Notes under the pieces: generated by a model
Seen by the model: only the letters and a program-made list of their open reading frames with translations
Databases searched by the model: none
What the model was told of the DNA's origin: nothing
Translations under genes and position numbers: made by a program
In this document: positions 6,999-15,637 of the stretch, piece by piece
How the letters are laid out: every line of letters starts with the position of its first letter
Numbering within the stretch: position 1 is the stretch's first letter
Virus record (IMG/VR): IMGVR_UViG_3300027782_003987
Span: 1-27,068 of that record
Direction: 5' to 3' (one strand)
Source of the DNA: a virus
Taxonomy: Duplodnaviria > Heunggongvirae > Uroviricota > Caudoviricetes
DNA length: 27,068 nt

Positions 6999-8754
6999 GT
7001 TCGATATCCGTGCTGTAGCTAGTAAACCCATTCTCTTTCACGACCTTGAGAATGTTTTCTACCCTGCTAGTCAGTTCATCCCTGTGACTGACCAACCAAA
7101 TGCTCTTGTGTCGTTCTCGGCTCATCTTCTTCAGCAATGCCAAGGCGTTCTCCACACCTTGTGTGTCTAGCCCAGAATCGATCATCTCGTCAATGAACAA
7201 GATGTTGATGGGTTGGTATAGACTCTCCCACACATCGCGGAATGCCCAACTCATGCTGAGGATCAGTCGATTGCGCTCTCCACGCGATAAGTTGTCAAAG
7301 TCCAGTTCACGACCAAGTTCTTCGATACTCACAGTAAGATCGTTTTGAAACTTCACTGTGTGTGGCAATCCAATACGATCAAGATAGTGTGTGAGTCTGC
7401 TGTTGAGATAACTCAAGTTCTGGTCAATGATCTTCTTACGCACAAACGAGTCTTTACTGGTGAGCAGTTTCAACAAGAACTCTTGATGTTCCTGCACTCT
7501 AGTGTATTCGTTTAGCGTGTCATAAGAAACTACCTGCAGGGCTTGATTTTGCATGTCAGTGATCTGTTCGCTGTAAGGATCTGATTCCGAAGATCTTGTG
7601 ACGAGATCTTTGTTTAATGTATCCACGGTGTTCTTGTGATTCAGGGCCTGTTCTAAACTATCATAGAACACAGTAGGTGCTGTGCCCAAATTACCAAGTT
7701 CTTTCAATCGATCCTGATGTTCCAGTCGTTGTGTGTCGTTGGTCAGCAGTTGCAAAGCAAGTTCTTGTAGAGTCTTCTCACGCTGTGCTTTCACAGTATC
7801 AAGACTGTTGTCGTGTATCTCTGTGCCGCAAGCAAAACACTTGTGGCTGGCGATCTGATTGAGATCTTTATCAATCTGGGCTTTTTGTTTTAACAGTTTT
7901 GCATCATCGGCATCAATCTGCCGGATCCAACGATTGGCTTCGTCAATGGATTTCTTGCGAACATGATATGATTCGAGATCTCTGTGTGCTTGCACCTCTG
8001 CGACAATATCAATGTGTTCAAGATCGGCAATACCTTGTGCCAGACCTTCTGTATCTTCTGTTTGTTTGCGTAGCCACAAGGTTCTGCGTTTCTCTAGACT
8101 TTGGATCTGTTCTTCGATTCGCTTGTTGGCTTCTTGAACAGCACGGATACGCAGTTCTTCAGATTGGATGGAATCTTTGGTTTGTCTATTGAGTTCTTTG
8201 ATGCGATCGGCACGCTCACTCAATAGTGTAATACCCAGCAGTTGTTCAATGATGGTGCGCTGTTCGTTGGCTTTGAGACTCAAAAACGGCGGTGTGTATG
8301 TGTTTAGTGCCACAATGTGTTGGAACATGTCATGGCTCATACCTAACACACGCTCAATGGCTTCTTGAGTTTCTCTTGAATCACCTTGTGCTTCGTCTTG
8401 TGCTGCTTGATGTTCGTCGTTGACATAGAATTTGAGAACGTTAGGTTTGCGCCCTCGCTCAATTCGATAGTTTTGCCCACCCACACTGAAGTCTAGACTG
8501 ACCAGCATGTGTTTGGCATTGGTCTTGTTCACAAGATTGTCTTTGCGGATGTTTGATAGTGCTTGGCCGTACAATGCATAACTCAGTGCATTGATGATTG
8601 TGGTCTTTCCTGTGCCATTGCGAGATCCATCGCCACCCATGTCTAAGTTTTCACCCAGCACTAGTGTGAGATCACTCCGATCAAAGTCAATGGCCTGCGT
8701 GGTATTGCCCACGCTCATGAAGTTTTTTACCGTAAGGTCGCGTAGATGGATCAT
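6991..8754 (-). CDS. gp46: Recombination endonuclease ATPase subunit, T4 gp46 / SbcC-Rad50 family
   Basis: Walker A NGTGKT, zinc hook CFAC within a coiled coil, signature LSRGE, Walker B ILFIDE, GLD and VSH. Confidence 0.95.
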   Translation of the reverse strand: MIHLRDLTVKNFMSVGNTTQAIDFDRSDLTLVLGENLDMGGDGSRNGTGKTTIINALSYALYGQALSNIRKDNLVNKTNAKHMLVSLDFSVGGQNYRIERGRKPNVLKFYVNDEHQAAQDEAQGDSRETQEAIERVLGMSHDMFQHIVALNTYTPPFLSLKANEQRTIIEQLLGITLLSERADRIKELNRQTKDSIQSEELRIRAVQEANKRIEEQIQSLEKRRTLWLRKQTEDTEGLAQGIADLEHIDIVAEVQAHRDLESYHVRKKSIDEANRWIRQIDADDAKLLKQKAQIDKDLNQIASHKCFACGTEIHDNSLDTVKAQREKTLQELALQLLTNDTQRLEHQDRLKELGNLGTAPTVFYDSLEQALNHKNTVDTLNKDLVTRSSESDPYSEQITDMQNQALQVVSYDTLNEYTRVQEHQEFLLKLLTSKDSFVRKKIIDQNLSYLNSRLTHYLDRIGLPHTVKFQNDLTVSIEELGRELDFDNLSRGERNRLILSMSWAFRDVWESLYQPINILFIDEMIDSGLDTQGVENALALLKKMSRERHKSIWLVSHRDELTSRVENILKVVKENGFTSYSTDIELA

Positions 8755-8763
8755 ATGAGTTGA

Positions 8764-9558
8764 TTATAACAAATTATCTGCATGATTACAAATATCCAAC
8801 CACCGATTGTTGATTGTGTTTTCTCGTAGTTGGGAATTAAACCAATCAATTGGATCTTGATCAGTGATTAACATTCCGATGTAGGCAACTTCTAATATGT
8901 CAAACTGTTTGTTGTTTGATCGAATCTTGTTAACAAAATTCTGTCTCCTGGTTAGATATTGGCTATTACGGTGGTACAGTAAATCATACATGTGATTAAA
9001 GTGATCCTGATCAAATATTTCTAGATGAGATAATTTATTTTCAAGCAAGTTTTTATCTTCAAAATCGCAATATTCGATGTTTACAAATCTCGGATCTGTG
9101 AATCCAACCTGATGTTTAAAAGCGTTTTGTGTGTCTAGTAGTAAAAAATAAAAATATTCAATGATCGAGTTAGTACGATATTCTGGGTCAGGGTGATTAT
9201 CAATATTGTATGAATCTACCCAGTGTTTACGCATGGAATCAAATGCTCTGGCACCATGGGCTTTGTTTTTTAAATCTTCTACCAGGTGATCAACTTGTAG
9301 GCCCACTCCGTCGGTTTTTTCTAAAAAGTTATACAGAAACCAAACAAAATTTTCATTGCTTACATAAGTGTTTATCACAGTACAGTCAGAGAGTGTGGGA
9401 TCAAGCAACTCGTCAATTTTTGCAATCCAGTGTATTCTGCTCTGATTACAACAAAAATTATTTTCAAAATCTAACTCAAATTTTGAATGTGTATCCAATG
9501 CAGATAATAGCCAGTTTTGATATAATCCTGGCAATCCTAACAGTACATAATCAGTCAT
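8764..9558 (-). CDS. Hypothetical protein, possibly a degenerate sulfotransferase-like P-loop fold
   Basis: 264 aa, tightly packed (TAG-T-ATG after gp47). N-terminal YVLLGLPGLYQNWLLSAL and later VNIEYCDF loosely echo sulfotransferase motifs. The ORF is solid; the function is weakly supported. Confidence 0.6.
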   Translation of the reverse strand: MTDYVLLGLPGLYQNWLLSALDTHSKFELDFENNFCCNQSRIHWIAKIDELLDPTLSDCTVINTYVSNENFVWFLYNFLEKTDGVGLQVDHLVEDLKNKAHGARAFDSMRKHWVDSYNIDNHPDPEYRTNSIIEYFYFLLLDTQNAFKHQVGFTDPRFVNIEYCDFEDKNLLENKLSHLEIFDQDHFNHMYDLLYHRNSQYLTRRQNFVNKIRSNNKQFDILEVAYIGMLITDQDPIDWFNSQLRENTINNRWLDICNHADNLL

Positions 9559-9559
9559 A

Positions 9560-10576
9560 CTATAAATTTTGATAGATTTTTAGCAGTAACTTGTTGTCGT
9601 AGAATTCCGATTCGATGTTGGTGATCTGATCTGTCACAATCTGATCTACTGATTCAAATTTGATCTCACCAGGAGCCATGTCTGTGTCCACCGACGAGTT
9701 CTTGTTGGGTATCAAGGCCATCTCTCGGAGATTGTAATCCTTGATGTATGTTTCTTTGATAAAGTTGGCTTCTTCGTACGAAATCTCAATGTCCAAGTTA
9801 ACACGCACATGCATCCTGGGTGCAAGCAATGAGGCTGCATTGTCAATGATGTTGGCTAGTCCTAACACACGATATCTGGGTTGATCGGGCCAAGCATGAT
9901 ACACAGGATCTTTACCCCACTCAAGGATAGTAAGACCACGAGCATCATCTCCTGCATCTGCGTAATTGTGTGGAAACGCATTGCCAATGTACGTGATATT
10001 CTTCTTGGTCTGGCGTTTGTGGAAGTGTCCGGTGAATACATGTTCAAAATTGTTGAAGTCTTCTCTGCGTACTTCTCCATGATCCGGCATCTCTACCATG
10101 GCGTTCATCAAGTAGCCGGGCAGTTCAAAGTGCCCAAACATGTATTTGGCTTTTAACCGAGAGATACGCTTGTAATCGTCACCAACCAGCCAAGGAGCAA
10201 TGACCACATCACCACTGGAAAACCAATCGTTGCAAATTTCAACATTGGGGAGGTGGCGTGCCCATTCAACACTTTGAATATCACGCTTGTCCCTATAATA
10301 TAGATCGTGATTTCCAGGAATAAAATATACTCGATCAAAGTTGGCATTCATGTGCTCCAGCGCCCTAAGGCTGTAGTTCAGTGTGACGATGTTGAGACTG
10401 GCTCGATTGTTGTGCCAGTCACCTAAGAACATGCAGGTCTCGCAACCCTCTTCTTTGGCCTTGGCAGTTGCCCACTTTACAAAATTTAGACAATCCTCAT
10501 TGTGAGTGACACTGTTTGACTTTAGGCCAAAGTGGATGTCAGTGAAGATCGCGGCTTTTCGGAATAGATTAGTCAT
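9560..10576 (-). CDS. gp47: Recombination endonuclease nuclease subunit, T4 gp47 / SbcD-Mre11 family
   Basis: Metallophosphoesterase motifs DIHFG, GDW, GNHD, GHF and GHFH, located between gp55 and gp46 as in T4. Confidence 0.95.
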   Translation of the reverse strand: MTNLFRKAAIFTDIHFGLKSNSVTHNEDCLNFVKWATAKAKEEGCETCMFLGDWHNNRASLNIVTLNYSLRALEHMNANFDRVYFIPGNHDLYYRDKRDIQSVEWARHLPNVEICNDWFSSGDVVIAPWLVGDDYKRISRLKAKYMFGHFELPGYLMNAMVEMPDHGEVRREDFNNFEHVFTGHFHKRQTKKNITYIGNAFPHNYADAGDDARGLTILEWGKDPVYHAWPDQPRYRVLGLANIIDNAASLLAPRMHVRVNLDIEISYEEANFIKETYIKDYNLREMALIPNKNSSVDTDMAPGEIKFESVDQIVTDQITNIESEFYDNKLLLKIYQNL

Positions 10577-10582
10577 CCTTTG

Positions 10583-10611
10583 ATTATACTACTCATCCAA
10601 TGTGCTTACAA
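10583..10611 (-). promoter_or_regulatory. Sigma70-type promoter for gp47: TTGTAA-17-TATAAT
   Basis: -35 at 10611-10606 (4/6 match) and a perfect -10 at 10588-10583, 6 nt before the ATG. Confidence 0.55.
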
Positions 10612-11488
10612 CCGGTCCGGACATGGCTTCCATTGAATGTTTGCCGGAATTCTGTCTAGTCCATGATGGATTGAGTCCGTTCATCTCCAAGATGTCATCA
10701 CGGATGTTCTGCATCTTCTTTTCAATGTTCAAGATTCTAGTAAATGAGTTAGTGATAGCAGCGGTGTAATACGCAAATGGGTTCTGTGATTTTGATTCAT
10801 CAAACTGCAATCCAATCTGGCTCAACTGTAATAGAGCCTGTCCACGCATCTCTTCATTGTAAGTGTATCCACGCCAGTTGGATCGTGTGGCATATCGTTC
10901 GCATAGCTTCATAAACATCTTGGCCAAGGTGCGAGTCATCTCGCCGTGATCTTTTGAGAACTCCCCGGTTACAAGATCACCACGCCAATGACTTTTACCC
11001 ACTAAGAATGGTTCTTTTTTGTCATCCACACGATAGTGAAAGAACGGAGGAAAGTTCACTCGCATGTGTGTTGGGTCCAGGATCACTTCGTCGATCAATC
11101 CTGCTAATGGATCTTCTTCTACTGGATCTTCTAGTTCTAATAGTTCTTCTAACTTGCGCTTTTTAGCAGCAGCTTTGGTGATCTTTTTAGGTGCCATGGG
11201 TATGTGTTCCCAGGTCATGATACGGAAAACTATGTCTGTGTTGGGGATTTTCTTAGGATCTATGATCTCACCAGTTTCACGTTTGATGCGATCTGCACGA
11301 TTTCTACGTGCTTCTGCTGTGGTTTTCTGGTTGATCTTGCTTACACTGGGCAAGATGATGTCGTATTGGTGGTCTAGATCAGGATTGATATAGGCACAAT
11401 AGTTTTTCTTGCTGAGGTGTATTTCCTTGAGGATATCTCTGTTGTTGAGATAATTGGTTTTTGGTGTTGCTCTAGCGATGGTGGCCAT
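10589..11488 (-). CDS. gp55: Late-transcription sigma factor, T4 gp55-like, long form
   Basis: N-terminal NYLNNRDILKEI and C-terminal NWRGYTYNEEM...FDESKSQNPFAYYTAAITNSFTRILNIEKK. The 55-47-46 gene order matches T4. SD TAAGGA. Confidence 0.88.
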   Translation of the reverse strand: MATIARATPKTNYLNNRDILKEIHLSKKNYCAYINPDLDHQYDIILPSVSKINQKTTAEARRNRADRIKRETGEIIDPKKIPNTDIVFRIMTWEHIPMAPKKITKAAAKKRKLEELLELEDPVEEDPLAGLIDEVILDPTHMRVNFPPFFHYRVDDKKEPFLVGKSHWRGDLVTGEFSKDHGEMTRTLAKMFMKLCERYATRSNWRGYTYNEEMRGQALLQLSQIGLQFDESKSQNPFAYYTAAITNSFTRILNIEKKMQNIRDDILEMNGLNPSWTRQNSGKHSMEAMSGPVVSTLDE

Positions 11489-11509
11489 CCGGCAGTATCC
11501 TTAAAATGT

Positions 11510-11542
11510 TATTTATTATAACACACTTTTGGTGTTTGTCAA
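11510..11542 (-). promoter_or_regulatory. Consensus sigma70 promoter TTGACA-16-TATAAT (extended TG) with an overlapping ATAAATA, upstream of gp55
   Basis: TTGACA at 11542-11537, TATAAT at 11520-11515 preceded by TGT, and ATAAATA at 11516-11510. Confidence 0.8.
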
Positions 11543-11574
11543 TGGTTTATAAACTGGGCAGATTATTTTTTGGG

Positions 11575-11580
11575 TAAATA
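11575..11580 (+). promoter_or_regulatory. Late promoter motif TAAATA heading the baseplate operon
   Basis: TAAATA-aacac-ATG(11586). Confidence 0.65.
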
Positions 11581-11585
11581 AACAC

Positions 11586-11930
11586 ATGGGCTCTACAAAA
11601 TTAAAATTAGACTACATTGAGTTTGCCGAGGTGGATGACATCTGGGTTCGTGCCTACTCGGTTAAAAAAGCCAGCACTGTGATCGGTCAACATGTTCATG
11701 TTCACGATCACATCACATTAGTATCCAGTGGATCTGTGCGTGTTTGGCAAGATGATACAGAACCAACAGAATTTCATGCTCCTGCAATCATCACGATTCC
11801 TGCAGGCAGCCGTCACGAATTCATGGCGCTCACTGATGATGTGGTGCTATGTTGTTTACATAATCTGCGTGGCACTGGACTAAAGTTTCCAGAATCAATC
11901 AGTCCAGCGGAGGTAGAACATGCCATTTGA
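11586..11930 (+). CDS. Cupin-fold (double-stranded beta-helix) metal-binding protein
   Basis: 114 aa with QHVHVHDHITLVSSGSVRV and IITIPAGSRHEF, matching cupin motifs 1 and 2. Confidence 0.8.
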   Translation: MGSTKLKLDYIEFAEVDDIWVRAYSVKKASTVIGQHVHVHDHITLVSSGSVRVWQDDTEPTEFHAPAIITIPAGSRHEFMALTDDVVLCCLHNLRGTGLKFPESISPAEVEHAI

Positions 11931-13890
11931 TATACTTGCATCCGCTGCCCAAGAATCAGTCGGCGATATAGCAACTGCGTTTAACGCGGCTGAACTCACC
12001 GGTCTTGATTCAGCATCGGCAGCATTTGAAGCTGGTATCACAGATGCCAATGCTTTTGATTTTGCTCAAGGCCCGGACGGATTCATGGGATCAATTATAC
12101 CCGGTGCCGATGGCGTGATTGACTCAGCCGGCGGGTGGTATGATGTTGGTTACGAACAATCATTTTTTGGATCGGACACTCAAGCTGCATTGTTTGAAGG
12201 TGGCAGTGTTGATAGCGAATTTGTGTCGGACTACGGTTTCCGCGAGGAATTGATCAATGTTGATGCCGCAGCCTCCGTTGATGGTGGGTTTGCATATGAC
12301 TACGGTGTTCGCGAAGAGCTGATCAATGCTGAGACTGCGGCCTCCGTTGATATCGATGCCACGGCTGCCGAGACTGCCCGATTGGATAGATTTAATGAAG
12401 CTGGACTTCCAGTCTCACAACCCGGCATAGTAGATCAGATCACTGGTCGGGCTGCATTGGCAGCAGACCAGATCAAGGCCGCTGGTGCCAATGCGGTGAG
12501 CGGGCTCACTACACAGTTTAAAGCCGAACTACCTAAACTTATAGCTCAAGCAAAACAACAAGCAATAGGACAAGCAGTTGGAGCAGTAACCGGCGCTGTA
12601 AAATCAACGGTGGCAAAATCATTGCCCGGGCCTCTTGCCGCAGTAGCTAACAATGTGGTCGACAGAGCAGCTAATAGCACAGCGTCTGCCTTTGGTGCTA
12701 CTCCAATCGCTACATCAGTTGATCTAACCGGCGGTGGCGGTGGTGGTGGTGATGGACAAACAGGAGTCACATTTGCCGGCGGCGGCGGAACTGGTAATGC
12801 AGAACCAGTTCCGTTTACCAATGATGCAGCATTGGCCAACTTAGCAGCCAATATCGCAGCAGGCACAGTAGGAACGGCTGTAGCTAATGCAGCGGCAGTG
12901 GCAGCAGATACCGGCACAGCGATCACAATCGATAACATAGGCAATGGTATAGCTTCTGCTCGTGTGGTTCCAACAGGAATTACCGACCCGGCGCAAGCCG
13001 CAGCGGCCAATGCAGCAGCCGAAACATTGGCAAAAGCACAATTAGCACAACGACAACAGAGTATAGCAATACAACGCAAATTTGAGGCCAACAATGGTGA
13101 TTGGCGGGTGCGGATCAGTTTGGCGCCCGGATCAGATTATCTTTACAATGATCCTACTTTGCAAGCCGATGGAACCAATGGTATCTTATGGCCATTGAAA
13201 CAAAGCAGCGGAGTGATATTTCCGTATACTCCTAAGATCACTACCAGCTATAGTGCCAATTATTCACGTGCAGAGCTCACTCATTCAAATTATATGAACT
13301 ATTTCTATCAAAGCAGCAACGTGGGAGAAATTTCAATCAATGCTAAATTCACAGCACAAGACACCATGGAAGCACAATATCTGCTGGCAGTTATACATTT
13401 CTTCCGTTCAGTCACACGTATGTTTTATGGGCAGGATTCTCAACGTGGTGCACCACCACCCTTGGTATTTTTAACTGGATTTGGACAATTCCAATTCCAG
13501 AATCACCCTTGTGTGGTCAGTAACTTTACCTATGATATGCCAGAAAATGTAGACTATATACGAGCACGTAGTTTGAATGTGAATGGTATGGACTTACTAA
13601 CTAGACGGCAACGGCCAAACGCTGTGCCCGGAGATCCTATCTCGGGTGCTTACAAAAGATTGGCAGATTTATTTTCTGGACAAGGCATCAACAAAGGTGC
13701 TCAATCAAATTCTTCTCCTACGGCATTGCCATCACCACCTGCATTGGGATTGAACAACCCTACGTATGTGCCTACCAGCGTTGATCTTAGTATAAGACTA
13801 TTGCCTGTGCAATCGCGCAGTCAAGTTAGTCAACAATTTAGCTTGAAGAGATTTGCCAATGGGCAACTAATTGCAGGAGGATTCTGGTAA
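11920..13890 (+). CDS. Baseplate tail-tube initiator-like protein (gp48/gp54-type) with a ~390 aa low-complexity N-terminal extension
   Basis: The C-terminal domain has DWRVRI...GVIFPYTP...THSNY...FTAQ...AVIHFFRS..RMFYG...GAPPP...FG...PCVV.NF. SD GGAGGT at 11909-11914. Confidence 0.65.
   Translation: MPFDILASAAQESVGDIATAFNAAELTGLDSASAAFEAGITDANAFDFAQGPDGFMGSIIPGADGVIDSAGGWYDVGYEQSFFGSDTQAALFEGGSVDSEFVSDYGFREELINVDAAASVDGGFAYDYGVREELINAETAASVDIDATAAETARLDRFNEAGLPVSQPGIVDQITGRAALAADQIKAAGANAVSGLTTQFKAELPKLIAQAKQQAIGQAVGAVTGAVKSTVAKSLPGPLAAVANNVVDRAANSTASAFGATPIATSVDLTGGGGGGGDGQTGVTFAGGGGTGNAEPVPFTNDAALANLAANIAAGTVGTAVANAAAVAADTGTAITIDNIGNGIASARVVPTGITDPAQAAAANAAAETLAKAQLAQRQQSIAIQRKFEANNGDWRVRISLAPGSDYLYNDPTLQADGTNGILWPLKQSSGVIFPYTPKITTSYSANYSRAELTHSNYMNYFYQSSNVGEISINAKFTAQDTMEAQYLLAVIHFFRSVTRMFYGQDSQRGAPPPLVFLTGFGQFQFQNHPCVVSNFTYDMPENVDYIRARSLNVNGMDLLTRRQRPNAVPGDPISGAYKRLADLFSGQGINKGAQSNSSPTALPSPPALGLNNPTYVPTSVDLSIRLLPVQSRSQVSQQFSLKRFANGQLIAGGFW
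12229..12351 (+). repeat. Two-copy tandem repeat with a 69 nt (23 aa) period: DYG(F/V)REELIN..(A/T)AASVD
   Basis: Copies at 12229-12282 and 12298-12351, diverged at both synonymous and non-synonymous sites. Confidence 0.85.
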
Positions 13891-14189
13891 TGGCCATTTA
13901 TGATAGCACCAGTGCATATTATACCACTGGATACAGTCAGTTTTTCTTGGATGTGATGACCAATCGTCCTATACCCAAACAGACCGATGATCAGGTGATG
14001 ACAATCACACAGACCTACGAATATAGACCCGACATGTTGGCCCTGGACTTGTATAGCAACAGTGCGTTATGGTGGGTGTTCTATCAACGCAATCCCAACA
14101 CACTCACAGCCCCACCTTTGGATTTCAAAGCCGGGGTGCAAATCTATCTACCCAAAATAAGCACACTGCGTAGTGTATTAGGATTCTAA
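13890..14189 (+). CDS. gp53: Baseplate wedge protein, T4 gp53-like / LysM-like
   Basis: 99 aa with YEYRPDMLALDLYSNSALWWVF..RNP. TAATG stop/start overlap. Confidence 0.75.
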   Translation: MAIYDSTSAYYTTGYSQFFLDVMTNRPIPKQTDDQVMTITQTYEYRPDMLALDLYSNSALWWVFYQRNPNTLTAPPLDFKAGVQIYLPKISTLRSVLGF

Positions 14190-14191
14190 TC

Positions 14192-15634
14192 ATGGCATTG
14201 ACTGAAAAACAAGGACTTGAGCAGGCTCTTGCAGATACTAACGATCAAATCGCTCTGGTCCTAAGGCAAATCAGATCTGTAGAAAATTCTACTGTGACCA
14301 CTGCTGCTGAGAAAGCAACAAGACTGGCTGCTCTCAGATCTGAATTAGCAGTATTGCAAGCTACGCAAAGTAGACTGATTGCAGCATTGAATCAGTTGAA
14401 TCTCAATGATCGGCGCAATACTGCCAGCGCCGCCGACACCACACGTGAAGGACAAATAGCCAGAAGCGATGATGCTCTTCCACAAGCACCCGGTCCGGGC
14501 CTACAGAAAGAGATAGCAGCAGATGGCAGGATCAAAGATCGTGCTACCACGTCTGACAGCAATGCCACACTAGTTCCTACTACTGAAAACGGCGCAGTAG
14601 ATGCTGGAACCAATGCAAATCTAAGAACATTAAGCAATACTCAGGCCATCCCATCACCTTTACAAAACGGTCCATTAGCGGCCCCTCCTGCCCGCGGTGG
14701 TCCTTTGGCAGGCGCACAAATACCTGCTGCAACTCAGATCACCAACAACGGCACCTCAGGAGGGATAGGGGCACCCGGCGATGACAGTGCCCAGAAACCG
14801 GGATCGCCGTTACAAAATGCCTTGGATAATCTTTATGGAACAAACAATATTGTCGCACAAGAAAACATATTAGATCAATACCCCAGTTACACCTATAGTC
14901 TCAGCTGGTATCTATTGGATCCTGACACATACAAAACTCTATTCACCCAGACATCTCGCAGCCTCAATGGTTATTATCTCTTGGCACAGAGTGGCGGCGC
15001 AAATGTTCAGAATGTGTTTGCTACCGATCAGGGTCCTGACATAGGAGTGGGCCGCAACCCAGACTTTCCATTGGATTACTATCTTGACGATTTTTATGTT
15101 GATTATAATTACCCAGCCACTCCTGGATCACGAGGATCATCGGTGATAAGTGAAATAGGATTCAGCGTGACAGAGCCTAACGGAATCACGTTGTTAAGGA
15201 ATCTTTATGCTGCAATACGTAATCTATACGTGGCCAAAGGTGTAGTCAACCCGGATGCTGTGATCAACTACTCAGCGGCACATTATTGTATGGTAATTAG
15301 ATTTTATGGGTATGATGCCAATGGAAATCTTGTCCTGCCCATTGGACCTAGAGATGGTGTGACTGATAAAAGTTCAATCGTAGAAAAAATAATACCATTC
15401 AATATTATCAATGTTGATTTTGCCGTATCAAACAAGCTGGTTGAATATAAAATCAAATGTGCATCACCGGGACAAAATCACAATGCCAGCAGCAATAGAG
15501 GAACCATTCCTGGCAATTTTACATTTAATGGTGCCACAGTACAAGAGATGTTGACGGGCAGTATCCAACAGCAAACTGTGACAGTGGCGGATAACAGCAG
15601 ACCACTTACTGATACTGTGTTTGGAAGAGGATAA
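14192..15634 (+). CDS. Baseplate hub protein (gp27-like), N-terminal half
   Basis: Coiled-coil and low-complexity start, then NILDQYPSYTYSLSWY, AQSGG, FSVTEPNG and IRFYGYD. Located between the gp53-like and gp5-like genes. Confidence 0.55.
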   Translation: MALTEKQGLEQALADTNDQIALVLRQIRSVENSTVTTAAEKATRLAALRSELAVLQATQSRLIAALNQLNLNDRRNTASAADTTREGQIARSDDALPQAPGPGLQKEIAADGRIKDRATTSDSNATLVPTTENGAVDAGTNANLRTLSNTQAIPSPLQNGPLAAPPARGGPLAGAQIPAATQITNNGTSGGIGAPGDDSAQKPGSPLQNALDNLYGTNNIVAQENILDQYPSYTYSLSWYLLDPDTYKTLFTQTSRSLNGYYLLAQSGGANVQNVFATDQGPDIGVGRNPDFPLDYYLDDFYVDYNYPATPGSRGSSVISEIGFSVTEPNGITLLRNLYAAIRNLYVAKGVVNPDAVINYSAAHYCMVIRFYGYDANGNLVLPIGPRDGVTDKSSIVEKIIPFNIINVDFAVSNKLVEYKIKCASPGQNHNASSNRGTIPGNFTFNGATVQEMLTGSIQQQTVTVADNSRPLTDTVFGRG

Positions 15635-15637
15635 CCC

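Noticed and set aside
6999-7031. Track start of the radical SAM gene at 7031
   Set aside because: It would overlap gp46 by 41 nt. The TTG at 6998 gives a typical stop/start coupling just before the first beta strand.
12730-12790. GGC/GGT runs as a possible G-quadruplex or contingency repeat
   Set aside because: They are explained by poly-Gly coding with mixed codons, and are not a perfect slippage tract.
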